Source: Callorhinchus milii
Lineage: Eukaryota
Length of the DNA: 64,000 nucleotides
Direction: 5' to 3'
Assembly (NCBI RefSeq): GCF_018977255.1
Contig: NW_024704742.1
Location: forward strand, 59,956,001-60,020,000
Shown here: in pieces, positions 37,936 through 50,744 of the stretch
Position numbering within the stretch: position 1 is the first letter of the stretch
How the letters are laid out: each line of letters starts with the position of its first letter
Position numbers and translations under genes: made by a program
The notes under the pieces: model-generated
The model's database searches: none
What the model saw: only the letters and a program-made list of their open reading frames with translations
Told to the model about the DNA's origin: nothing

Positions 37936-40748
37936 AAATTTTAGCTTCATGGCTACAGCCAGAAAGTTCAGGTTTATTAAATATTAAAGTAGAGTCAAAC
38001 ATTTCAGATCTTTCAAGGACATGGTCTTTCATTAACCATGCATGATAATGGATTTTTAAATGTTATTCCTTATTCAAACAATAGTATTTTTTATTGTGAG
38101 ATGCGTCTTGGTAGATGTCGTAAGGATGCATTGTACTTTTTCAGCAAATTCTTTGGAAATATTCAAGTTGTGCTGTGATTTAGTATGTATCTATCTGTCT
38201 GCCCATCCATCTGCTTTACTAAATCCTACCTCTTAGTCCATTTGCATCTAAACATCAGTGGTAAGAATTATTCATAGGTTAAAGGAGCTCCATATTTTGT
38301 TCTCACCATGGTTGGAAAAACACTCCAGTGCACTGGGCACTTTTAATTCGATAAGTTCTGCCTCATTCTGAGCCAATATGAATGACAGTGACTTTTCAAA
38401 AGTATTGCACAACTATAAACACAATTTGAATCAAATGAGATAATGTCAGTTTATGCATTCACCACTGATACCATAAGAAAAAAAAATGCAAGGACTCTAG
38501 CACAGTGACATCTCAGTGTGTGACACCATGAAACAGCCTGAAATATTTGATGCCTCGTATTCGGGGTTCAATGATGCCTAGCAAACATTCTGAAAGACCT
38601 TAAACTAAAATCAAATAAGCCTTCCACTTAGACTGATATATCAACCTACCATATCCCTGTTAGCTTGTAGCCCGCTGATTGATGACAGACAGTCATGCCT
38701 GAGGAAACATCCGGCGAAGATGAAAAGATAAGACCGATGGAATCTAATGAAGAAGATGAATCAGATGGCTGGCTGATAATTAAATATACATTCCCAGATG
38801 GGGCTCCTCAAACTGTGCCATTTCAAAGCTAAGCATTATGCTGATTATTTTCAAATCTATGTACTTTCTGTTTTTCTTTGTATTGAACACATTAGTCTTA
38901 CTAATCGTGCTTTCATCCTTTTACAGTACAGCACTTAACTTTGATAAATAAATTACTAGGGTTATATGTTACGCATTATTCTTATTCCCAGTCCACCAGA
39001 TCATAGTACCTGTAGGACATACATTGCAAACAAAAGTACTCATTTATAAAGGAAATGATGAATATGTATTTCAGTTTGGGGACAGCTTATTCCTGGTTTC
39101 AATTATCCAATCCAAGTAAAAGGGAAGTTTTACTCACAATTTTCCAAACATTAGTTTCACAGAAATCTATATTGATATTTTAGGGTATCTAAGCCATCAA
39201 AGTATAAAAGAATTACATTTTCTTTTATTGAGAGCTGGAGTGTATTTTAATCAGTTGGGTTTCAGAATGTCAAAATCAAAACAAACATCAGCTGAAAGGG
39301 ATGTAGAAAAGTGGGCAAAATAAATTTGAGAGGGACGGAAATATTATATCAATTTCAAGGCGAGAAATTTATTTTTGAGATTTCACGGGAAAATCACAGA
39401 TTTAAATTGTTTATCTGGAAAACATTGTTTTTAATATTACATGCTATCTTCACACTAATTTTTAAAAAAATCGCCAACTGGATATACATTCATAGAACAA
39501 TTTAAGGTGCAAAAGGAGACGAATTGGCTCGTCAAGTCTGCATCAGCTCCCCAAAAAAAGATGTTCATTGAACCCCTTCAGGCCTTTATCTTTCATATAC
39601 GTATCTGCTTCCCTGTTGAAACCCACAATGGACTCATTATCATTAAATCATTAGAACTCTGCAACTCAGCAAGCTTTTTTTGTGAAGACTAAATATCAGT
39701 TAGCCATTCTGCTGACTGAAAATGTTCTTTATCATTATGTGTGCTTCATTGCAAACCCATGGGATTATCTTTTCCTTGGAAAGCTCTCGGTAACTTTGGA
39801 TGTGCAATTTTCTAACTGGCAACAGGTGTTTCTTCCGATCTTTCGATCAGGTCTTTCAGATATAATAAAACTAAAGTATTGTATTGAGTACAACACATAA
39901 CTGATCTGACTGGAGTGAAACTACCATAGCTTCATCAATTAATGATTCTGGATATACCCTAATACATTTTAATCTCAATATCCCTGCCTGTCCACATTGA
40001 AGGTCTTCAGAGGTGAAGGGCAGTATTTTAATTCCCAATGTACCATAGGAGAAACAACTGCCTTCAAAATCATATATTTCACACCATATTTGAAGGTTTT
40101 CCAAATTTAATTCAGTTGAGTATTGATTTAATTCAATCAGCAAATATAAGAGCAGGGGCATAACACGTTTACTTTCAAGGCTAGGTATTGTATTAACCAA
40201 ACATATTTTATAACCTTTTACATGGCTACATTGTATTTTGCCTATTGAAGGCAAAGCAATTTGAATTGAATAAGGCCATCCAACTTTATGAACCAAATAG
40301 ATTAATACTGCAGACAGACTTGGTGCATTGTGGCCCTCTAACAACTAATACTGAAACCTTTAACCGTCACACCACATTGCCTCAGTTTTAAAATAATTGC
40401 TCTCTGACCCCTTCTGCAACACACATCTATCAAGATATTCTTGAGTCTATAGACTACTTTCACATTAGCAATGAACAGAGAGAAATTATTTTGTATTTGT
40501 GTTAACTTTACTTGTTTTTTTTTAATGTTGGACATGGCCCAGTCTGCCTTTTAACCTGGCCACATGTGGACTCCACTATTTCACAGCTCTTTACATTAAG
40601 AACGTAAAGTCCCCACTGTGTCCTGTCCTTATTTTTCTCTATGGAAAATATTCGTAGTTCCTTTGACTTTCATCACAATACATTAATCTAATTCTATCAT
40701 CTTTACTATTCCACTTCCCACGAATCGCTGCTCATTTTAGGGTGCATC

Positions 40749-41095
40749 AATAATAATAATAATAGTAATAATATTAATAATAATAATAATAATCCTTGCA
40801 TTTGATATAGCGCTTTTCACGTCGGGAGGACGTCCCAAAGCGTTTCACAGAACACACTGTAAAGTGAATTGATTGTATATTTGTGGGCGAAAGCGGCAGC
40901 CAATTGCGCACAGCAATGACCCACAAACAATCGTAGATTGAAAATGACCAATTTATTATTGTTTTCGGTTTTTGGAGGGATTATTATTAGGCGTGTGGAG
41001 TAAGGAAACTTGCCCAAGGTTTCGCCCTGTCTGGAATTGAACCCAGGTGTCTCACTTGCAAAGCGAGTGCTCTAACCACTGAGCTACAGGACTCC
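40749..41095 (-). mobile_element. Young tRNA-Ala SINE, full length
   Basis: Reverse complement of 11698-12020 with a long (TAA)n tail. Confidence 0.95.
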
Positions 41096-42074
41096 ATTAA
41101 TAAGCCAAAGGATGACAAGCAGAACCTGAGTACATTGCCGGGTTAAGAGAACCTTAATACTAATATGGATACTTAGATATCATGGTAACCGAGCAGGAGA
41201 ATGTGATTCAATGAAATATGTTACATGGTGAAATACAGCAGGACAGACCTGATAGACTGATTTACCTGTTTCTATGCTTTAAAATTCAATGGTTCTTTGA
41301 TCCAAATTGTAAGAAGGTGAAACTCAAATATATTGATCAGCAAATGACATTATTAAGGACAAATAAATGCTGCAAAGTGTTAAGAACGGGAGTTGTAACT
41401 TCAGCCAAACTTCAAGAACGGGTTACCCTGGTGAATGTGAAAAATCATTTGATTTTGAGAAGGTCTGGTTTGTGATGATCATTAAAGGTTTAATATTGCT
41501 TTTGAAATACATTTGCTGCTTTGCACGAAAGAGAAGGGTGAATATAGCTGTTTATATATATTCATGAGGTTTAAGTCTTAAGGCATTATTCAAGTACCAC
41601 ATTGGCTTGCTAATACATGGAAAATATATTAGACGCACCCCTGTGGTTGGTTTAATAAATATTAATAGAAGCCTCAAGAAAGGACTGTAAGTTGCTTTGT
41701 GGAAAAAGAGTTAATTAAAAATGAAGTGAGACATCTGAGAGAAGGATTTTAACAGTTATCGACAGAAGATCTGCAAGCCAGTCAACTTCTGAGTTTGTCT
41801 GAACACTATTCAGAAGATATTATTCTATTGTTGAAACTTGTTTATTATTTTAATTATATTAGTAAAGAAATTAATTGTTATGACATTTTTGCTTATAACT
41901 TTCTTGACAGAGAATTTACAAAGTTTGTTTAGATTGACCCAATGCTTCTTTAAACCTTTTTGAAAATCTGCCTCTGCTTATTTTGCTTTGCAATATAGTT
42001 TTTAATTCCAGCAAACTTAGAAATGGTGGCTTTTAACTTGTCTATTATTAACGGAATAAATTCAAAAACTCATT

Positions 42075-42295
42075 TTGATTGACCAGGACACTGGGAGAAT
42101 CTCCTTTTTCATTTTGAATAGTACCATGGAAACTTTAATGTCCACCTGACAGGTAGACAGGTTCGGTTTAAGGTTGACACCTCCAGCAACGCAATGTACC
42201 CAGGCAGAGGCTATGAGCTGAAAGTCACAACAAGGAGCTGCAACCCAGAGCCTTTTGATTCAAGAGTGGCGAAAGTGCTAACAACTGAGCCAGGC
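42075..42295 (-). mobile_element. Old DeuSINE remnant
   Basis: GACCAGGACACTGGGAGAATCTCC...AATGTCCACCTGACAGGTAGACAG...AGTGCTAACAACTGAGCCA. Confidence 0.65.
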
Positions 42296-44438
42296 AAACA
42301 CTTGACAACATCATTGGATCATTTCTAATGACACATTATGAACTAATTAGGACCCATCAGTGCCAAACTACATAAGAAGGTGTTAATTCAGTTTTGGTAG
42401 CCACATACCTGTATCTGACTATAGTTTCCAGAAAAATATGTTCTGTGAGATTCATTGTATTTCTGACTACTATTTTAGATTTTACAGACTGGAGATTTAA
42501 TTCTAATGTTCAATTTTGGTTAAGCTGAGCCAGCTTAGTTCAGTATTGATTGGTTTCTTGACCTGGACCCGTGTGTCCCAAGAGACCCTAGGTATTTTGG
42601 GGGGCACAAAGGATATTATATTTGTTTGAATATTTTGCATGATATGGGCTGACAGGTCTCTGAAATGGGAAATGCTCAGCAGGCAGCAGGCACACAGCAC
42701 AATGTGTTTAAAGGGCAAATGTACTGAGTTCTCATACCCCATACATTGCAGGGCACCACAATGTGCAGCAAAGGCTGTTTGTGCTATTGTAACACTCGCT
42801 TGATTAAAAATGTTCCGGTTCCTTAAAATTCGCATTTATTATTCGCAACTAATAATGAAGAAAAAGTGCTTGAACCAAATCACGGGAGATTTGTTATTCT
42901 CAAGCCAGAGAGCCGCGGTGTTGATTTTCAATACAAAACTCCTGCAGTTTCGCTGGTTGCCTTTCATCAGTGGTCTCGCAACAGCATCGTCTATCACAAC
43001 AATATTAGACCATCACAATTCAGTTCACATTCTCACAGGAACCAATTTCTATAACTATTCGCCTCTGTATTTTTCACTCTGCTTGTTATTGCCAACCTCT
43101 CCTCCCCTCCCCCACACATACGCAAATACCCCTGCAGCTTCTCAGCTGTCCAGAGAGTGAGATGAAACATCATTTATTTTCTGCCATAAAACTTCACGTA
43201 GAGACGCTGCTGAAATAGAATCAAAATCATTGTGCCTGTTAGTCAGCAAGCAGAATTCTTTATTTTGTGTCCGAGCTTGAATCCACATGCATAAATAACA
43301 TTATGAACTTAAGCATTCAGCCACTAAGCATAGCTACTCTGAAGCAATTCATTATTCATGATTTTCATGTGGAACTTTTTAAACTTATTTCTAAAAGCAA
43401 TGGTCTGACCTAAAATATGTATCTTTTTCTAATCTGAGCTATTAACCTGTACCCATCCTAATGAGCAGACAGTGTAAATAGAAAAAACGTTCAACATTCC
43501 TTTCTAACAACACAATTTCTCGACATTCTCTAATATCCCAGGGCAAATTATTTAAAAGCACACTATCATTTTTCAAGGTCCTCTGCCATGTTAATTATAC
43601 ATGATTTATTGCTTTTTAATGATGACTTGAAATAGTGGTTATCTCATTAATTATTACCTACGGGGGAGTTAATTTTAAGTTATCTTTTTAACATACTTTT
43701 ATGCATATTTATAGATTTAGCCTTCAACATATTTCTTAAGAGGTGTTGATGCAAAGAGCGTTCCTATTTTACTTACATTCGTTTAACATTTTAGTAATTG
43801 ATCAAAGGAATGTAGCACATCCTTTGTTTCGTTTGAGGAAATATGCATTATTGATCTGACTTGCAGAATAGCAGTAAATGAAACATTGAATAAAATATTT
43901 CAAATGTTAGTCAATTTTCTATAAATTTGAGGAACTCAATAGTAATTATTCACCAAACTAAAAGTGTTTTTTTTCCTTAAAAAAAACACATCAGCCAACT
44001 TAAGGAATGTTGTCACCTTGTGAAAAGGCCTTTCAAAATTCAGGGCAAAACCAAAAGCATGTACAGTGGAATACGATGATACGTTTCCATATTTTATCAA
44101 GTGACATTCTTTTCTAGCGCATCCAGAAATGTTATTTATTTATATTTTATAGGTGACACTTTTTGGTTATTGAGGTGAGAGATTATTATTATTATTATGG
44201 ATGTCAGTGCTGTTGTATGGAAACATTTTAAGCACACCCGGTGTTAATTGAAGTTCCAGAATCAGCTATGTACCCTTGTGTCAAATCTCAGACAATTGCC
44301 ACCACTACTCCATTTGTCTAATTGTCATAATTCCCCTTCTCTCTATACAAGTCATGCTGTTCTCTCTTAACAAGATTGCCAATTTTTACTGTGAATTTCC
44401 AGATATATTCATGATATGGGACCCTTGTTCCTTCTTGT

Positions 44439-44760
44439 GGAGTCCTGTAGCTCAGTGGTTAGAGCACTCGCTTTGCAAGTGAGAGACCTGAGTTCAAATC
44501 CAGGCAGGGCAAAACCTTGGGCAAGTTTCCTTACTCTACACGCCTAATAATAATCCCTCCAAAAGAACAAAACAATAATAAATTGGTCATTTTCAATCCA
44601 AGGCTGTTTGTGGGACACTGCTGTGCGCAATCGGCTGCCGCGTTCGCCCACAAATACAAAGTCAATTCACTTTACAATATATTCTGTGAAGCACTTTAGG
44701 ACGTCTAGAAGACTTGAAAAGCGCTATATCAAATGCAAGAATTATTATTTTATTTTTTTT
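44439..44760 (+). mobile_element. Young tRNA-Ala SINE, full length
   Basis: Same head, body and tail as 11698-12020, slightly more diverged. Confidence 0.93.
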
Positions 44761-45909
44761 GTCATTTCTTTAATTCCTCTCTATAACACTCAATATAAAC
44801 CAGTGCAAAATATATTTTTTTTAGATTTTATCTTGAGAATTACAAAAATCGGAGCTCCAAACAAATTAGTAGCTTCAAGAACTGTACATAGGGTATAGAA
44901 ATGTCCTGCATGTTAAATGAGGCCGTACATTATGTTTGAATTTGGGATACATGATAAATTGCAGGGAACAATCTTAACCAGTATAAATTTAACTCATCTT
45001 TTTTTCTCTTCAGAAAAAAACTCTGAATTTGGTTAGTGTGCATTAGATTTTCAGTCAACTATCCTTCAAAAAATAATCAAAATGCATTTGTGAAGAGGTA
45101 TAAATCATTTATAGCCTCCATACAGACACTCCTTTTTTGATGCCTTGTTGAAAATTACTCTGGATATTATTGATGAGCTCTGAGGATAGAACCACTGCAG
45201 CAAGACTAGAGCCTTCCTTGTTAAATTATTCTTCATTTATAATGTTGGTTTTGTCTATATTTTGTCTTCATTTTGATAGATGCTCTCGTACGATTCAAAG
45301 GAGACATATTTTGGATCAAGGAGTTCAAAGACCATGTAATTTGGCTTGTTCATGTCTAATCGTATTGATTCCTAATTGTTTTGAAACAAGACATTTAGGA
45401 CCAGCCTTTTCAGGACAGGGAATAATATGTTCTCAATAGTTATTGAAGTAGATCACAATTTACACTGCACATTACAGACAATGCCACGACTAAGGTCTTA
45501 TTGTTGAATAATAATTAGTGCCCCGATATGCTACCCTGGGTGAAGGGCGCTATATAAATGCAGGTTGCTGTTGTTGTAATAATTAGTGCTGCCGAAACAT
45601 AATGCTTGATGGTCAGTAGCTATAGAAATTAATGCTAACTTTGACATTGATTTTATAAATATGTAGTCATGACTGTAGCATCTCTGTAATTGTCTTTTCA
45701 GAAACATTGTCGCAAATTCTGGAACTGAATTTCAATTCCCCTCTCTCCATCCCAGCTCAAAAAGAATTGTGTCACAAAACCAAATGTTTGAGAGATGGGT
45801 TGAGATAGAGCATGTGATCAACAAAATCACAGCCAGAATGAGAAGCAATTGAAACTGTCCAGGCTAGTCATTCGTCAGATACTGCAATCTATTTTGGGGC
45901 ATAATTTAC

Positions 45910-46470
45910 ATCAACAACAATTGCATTTATAAAACAACACTTTACACTTTTATCAAGCCTTTCACATTGGGAGAACGTCCCAAAGCACTTCACAAAACTA
46001 ACTGTGATGAAAAGGGAGGGGGAACGGTGGGGACTGAGGAGGATGAGGAAAGGTGACCAAAAGTGTGGTTAAAGAGGGTTCGTCTTAAGGAGTTGCGAGA
46101 CAGCAGGGACAAAATGGGACAGAGTGGGGATGGGGTCGAGGGAGCCGGTGTTGGACTTCACATTAATTGATGCAGAAAAAAGATCACGTAACAAATGAGG
46201 GAGGAGAGGGATGAAGGGGAGGCAGGTTGTGGGGTAGAAAGCTAATTTAGCTGAGGAGTGATGGTGTTGGATGCCAGTGAGAAAGTTGCATAGAAGGTTG
46301 ACAGAGGAGGTAGGGCAGAGAGCCATGAGTGGGAAAAGTTCAGAGGATAATTTTTTTNCCCAGAGTAGAAAGATTTGGTGGCAGGTTTGGTGGCAAGGAT
46401 CTGGATAAGGATGGTAAGGGAAAGTAGAAGTGGTCAGAGATGGGCGTTCTTGTAGGAATCCAAGTTATGC
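45910..46470 (-). mobile_element. Degenerate L2 3' fragment
   Basis: (CAA)n tail, stem-loop remnant TTTCACATTGGGAGAACGTCCCAAAGCAC and a purine-rich body. Confidence 0.55.
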
Positions 46471-47249
46471 AAAAGGAGATGCTTTTCCTGTAATCATGAT
46501 TAAGTCATGTTGTTCTGTAGGAACTTGTGCCATCATAATCTAATTTCAGAGCAACTTCCCATGATTCAAGGATTTTTTTTGTTAAAAGAAACTTTTGACA
46601 GGAATTATAATGAGATTTCTGATTAAGAGACCCCATTAAAAAATACATCAAGCAGGACTCCGTAATTAATAATTCTTCATTCTCACTTTCCTCACACCTC
46701 TCCATGATATGTGGGAGGGATCAAATTAAAATCTCTTCCTTGTCATACTTGATTCTAAATAAATTAATCTGAATCGACCATAAAATAACATTTCAAAAAA
46801 ATGAATGTGGAAAAATGGCACGGAGGGTAGACACCTCGAAGATATAACCTACACTTGATTAATGGTTTAATTGTCACTTCAAAAGTTGTGATAGTGACCC
46901 ACAACCACTCAAATTGATGAGGCCACAGATTTACTAAGTTCTTTGTAGAGAGTGCTTGGCTATATCAATTTCTGCCTGAATTTAACTCACTGTTTCATTA
47001 TGCGAGAAGGAGAAAAGCCTTACAATGGATATTTTTTTTGACAGTTTAGATGTACCTGCCATAAAATATAAGCTTAAAATGTTGCTCATACAAAGGAGGT
47101 CAAGACTGGGCAAAACTAATGGATGTATTACTAATGCAAGACACAGGCTTGGTTCACTTGATAGCAACGTCGCCTCTGAGACAAAAGGTTATTATAAGAC
47201 ATTTGTTGTTGAACATTGATTAATCGAAAGTATGTTGCAACAATAAGAA

Positions 47250-47545
47250 CCACAACAACAACAAAATTATATTTGTATGGCGCCTTTCACGTCGCGAGGA
47301 TCCCAAGGTGCTGGACAGTCAGTTTTTCGGACCCTAACTGGGGGTCGGCATCGGGGAGGAAGGAGGGCAGGGGGAAGGACGTTGACCGAGGACACGTTTG
47401 AAGAGGAGGGTCTTCAGATGGGTCTTGAAGGAGGCAAGGGAGGGGGCGAGGCGGAGGGACTGCGGGATGGAGTTCCAGAGGGTGGGGGTAGAGAGGCTTA
47501 AGGCTCATCCACCAATGGTTGGCGGGTGAGGCGGGGGACATGTTG
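47250..47545 (-). mobile_element. L2 3' fragment
   Basis: GCGCCTTTCACGTCGCGAGGATCCCAAGGTGC stem-loop, and GGGTCTTGAAGGAGGCAAGGGA...GGAGTTCCAGAG. Confidence 0.8.
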
Positions 47546-49284
47546 CATTGGAATATATCCACGTGTTAGATGCACAGTATGATGTGTATTATTGTAACTG
47601 AGTCCTTTACCAGAGAGGCCTTTGTTATCCTCCTGAGAGTCCTGCACTGCATCAAAATGTACAAAGAAAGGTAACAAGATGACCAAAGTTCAACACAAAA
47701 AACTACAGCACGTATTTTCAGGTTGAATGTTGCCACTGACATATTTAGGTTTACTGCTTTATCTTCATGATACCTAAGCTAGTGACAATCAATGTATGAT
47801 CCCCAAAACAGTAATGAGAATGGGGTGGGGGAAGGGGTAGTCTTGTGAGAAATGTTGCATGACTTATCAATGGACATTTTAAGGAGGTATATATAAGTTT
47901 CACATGACCAAATTAATAAGATTGAGTAACGGAAATGTGAGCAGTTCATAATTCATCATTTGTATAGAAGAGGAATGATGCAGGATTCAGTGATGGCAAG
48001 TGAATATCTGAAGATGGAACAACAATAACAAGTATAGCGATGTGCCTTTATATAGCTTGCTAGATGTAGGATAATGTCTCAGAATGTAACAACTTTAATC
48101 TGACTTGATGGGATTGCTACGTTTCATAACAAACATCAAATCTGTTATGTAATGTCATAAATTTCACCTCTATATAACATGACTGGCTCAATGGTTTTAG
48201 AATAAGGAGGGAAAACATAAACCAATATTTATGTACTAATGAATTTATGACAAATAATAGGGATATTATATTAAAAATACAGCACTTTATATAGTGTAAT
48301 GGGCTCTGTGTAGATGTTCAGATAATGTGACATACTTAATTATATACTATTGTTAATCTTATGATGCCACATCAAAGAATGTCTTATTGATACAGTATTT
48401 AATAATGCTATTTTAACTGCTCTTGCATCTGTAATATCTATAATTGGATAATACAGAGCACCATCTTTAGTCAGTGATAACATGTTAGAGTTTTAGTTAT
48501 TGTTGCTTAAGCCAAAGTTATCAGTCACAACTCGACTTGTTTGTATTGATCCATTGTTTCATCAAATTGCATTTGGGTTGTGAGATACTACATCTGTCAC
48601 CCATGCCAGTAGTTAACAGGTAGTAGGATAGATGCATTGAGGAAATAATGAGTTTTTATAGACTTCTTACAATTGGTAGTCTCAGTGCAAATGGTGAAGA
48701 CAATCTCAGAAAACCAGTCAGAATTGTAAAATCTTCCTTGCACCAAGTTTTGTTTGACGTTTCGAATCCTCATTAGGTACAACACAAATAGTTTCACTTT
48801 ATGTCCTTTTCAACATGAGTAATATTTTTACCTGCTGTGTGTGCTGTGTTTGTACATCAATTAGTATGATAGGTTACAAATAACAAGTCATAATGATAAA
48901 AATAATGAATTCCATCGCGCATTCAATCAACTGAACCACAGTGACTTATTCCATCATCATCATTCCATCTCTTGCTATCAATATTTATGTGATACAGTAA
49001 ATGTAAAAATGTAATATCTTACCCATTTAAAAATTATGCAGATGGTTCAATACTTGCTGCGACTTATGATTAATCCATAAAAGTGCTTGCATCTCTGTCG
49101 TGCTTTATACTCCCAAGTCAGTCCTTTTTGGGGTTTCACTTCTGATACACTGGGGAGCAAGAACTCCTTTGCATTATAGTTGTAATGTTATTATGATGTG
49201 ATACTTGTCTTTACTTGTGCAATACTAGTAAAATGTTCTATAAAACATTCTACTTTTGTTAATAACTGCTCTCTCGATTAGTAC

Positions 49285-49955
49285 CTGGGCTGCAGGTGCT
49301 AGGTAGGCTGGTCTTATATTTCTTGGAGCAGAGGAGGTTAATAGATCTTATTGAGGTACTCTATTTAAAATAATGGAAGGAATTGACAGGTTAGGCAGGT
49401 GGCCACCTCTTCCCTTTGGTAGAGGGATCTATTGCAAAAGGGCAGAACCAACACAGTCAGAACTGAGGTCAGAAAACATATTTTCTTGTGGAGGGTTGCG
49501 AAGATGTGGATTTCTCTGCCGCAGAAACCTGCAGATGCGGAATCGGTAGCGATAGTTAAGAAAGATAGATAATTAAGTGGCATAATAATCCTTGAATTTG
49601 TTATAGTGCCTTATCATGTCATTGAAATGTCTCAAAGCGCTTCACAGAATATACCATAAAGTGAATTGACTGTATCTTTTGTGGACAAAACGGCAATGGG
49701 CATGGCAATCCTGTATGGAAAAAGGATTTAAAATGGATTCAAATGGATTTGCCCACAAAATGTACATTCAATTCACTTTACGGTATATTCTGTGATGTTT
49801 TGAGATGTCTCAAAGATGTGATAAGGCGTTATATCAAATGCACAGATTATTATTTTTTATTATTAAAAGATCTGCCAAGATTAAAAGAAAAGCAGGTGTT
49901 ATAGGCTCAGTGGGGTGAATGATCTCCTCCTGTTCTTGTTTTCCTATGTTCCTAA
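49285..49955 (+). mobile_element. CR1 3' fragment interrupted by an inverted pair of SINE tails (49582-49853)
   Basis: CTTGGAGCAGAGGAGGTTAA...GAGGGTTGCGAAGATGTGGA (RV..MW) and the tail CCTATGTTCCTA. Confidence 0.65.
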
Positions 49956-50552
49956 CTTATTTTCTTTACTTCTCCTTTCTCCTTCTTCTTTGTTAACTTG
50001 TTTTCATCTTTCAAACCTAACAATTCAATCTATCTCCTCTGCTCCATCTGTTCAAGAAACAAGATCACCGCATGTGATCTTTCTTCTGATTGTCCAAAAT
50101 TCGGTTTCAAGCTCCAGTTCTCCAGTCAATCAGAAGAGAGGTTGATGGCCTGCATTTCTGTGACAGGTGATGCTTCTTATGTGATGATAAAGTAAGAAGT
50201 GTGAGCTGCAGAAATAGAGATCGCATCAGTGACTGAGATGGGGAAATTCATTAAAATTTATCTTTTGCACCGTGGGAGTTAAAGAATAATTCCACATGTA
50301 TAAGTCAAAGGCTTGCTGTGTCATAGACAGTGGATTTCTCATCTCTGACCTCCAATCTGTAAATTTGTCACAACGCTTCATGTCTTTATATAAATGCAAA
50401 CTTGTTGTTGTGGTTGTCATTGACATTATCTTATCGATGCACTTTGGTCAATGCTATCTTAAACTTTTTCTTTTGTTCCTCCCAAGCTCCTAAAATATTA
50501 TTCTCGATGCAATGCACTGTAAAATCGAGACACATTTCATCATGGTCTACAA

Positions 50553-50744
50553 TCCTTTGGTTACTGAGGGCCAGATGCCCTATTTGAGAAATGTCCGCCG
50601 GCTACTTAAGCAATATTTTTGTGTTTCCCTTCCAGAAACATAAGATAACATTTATGGATTATGGAGGAAGGAAGTGCACTAAATGAAATGGAGTTGGGGT
50701 GGGGTAGATTAAATCATCCCGCAAGCCAAAGTTGGACCACCCTG
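50553..50744. mobile_element. Degenerate hAT-type (Charlie-like) MITE
   Basis: The right end AGTTGGACCACCCTG is a hAT-like TIR. GTCTACAA is repeated at 50545-50552 and 50745-50752 as a candidate 8-bp TSD. The left TIR appears deleted. Confidence 0.45.

Noticed and set aside
39871..40344. 157-aa minus-strand ORF, and other 60-130 aa ORFs in AT-rich DNA
   Set aside because: Mostly non-ATG starts, no recognisable domains, and composition typical of random AT-rich ORFs.
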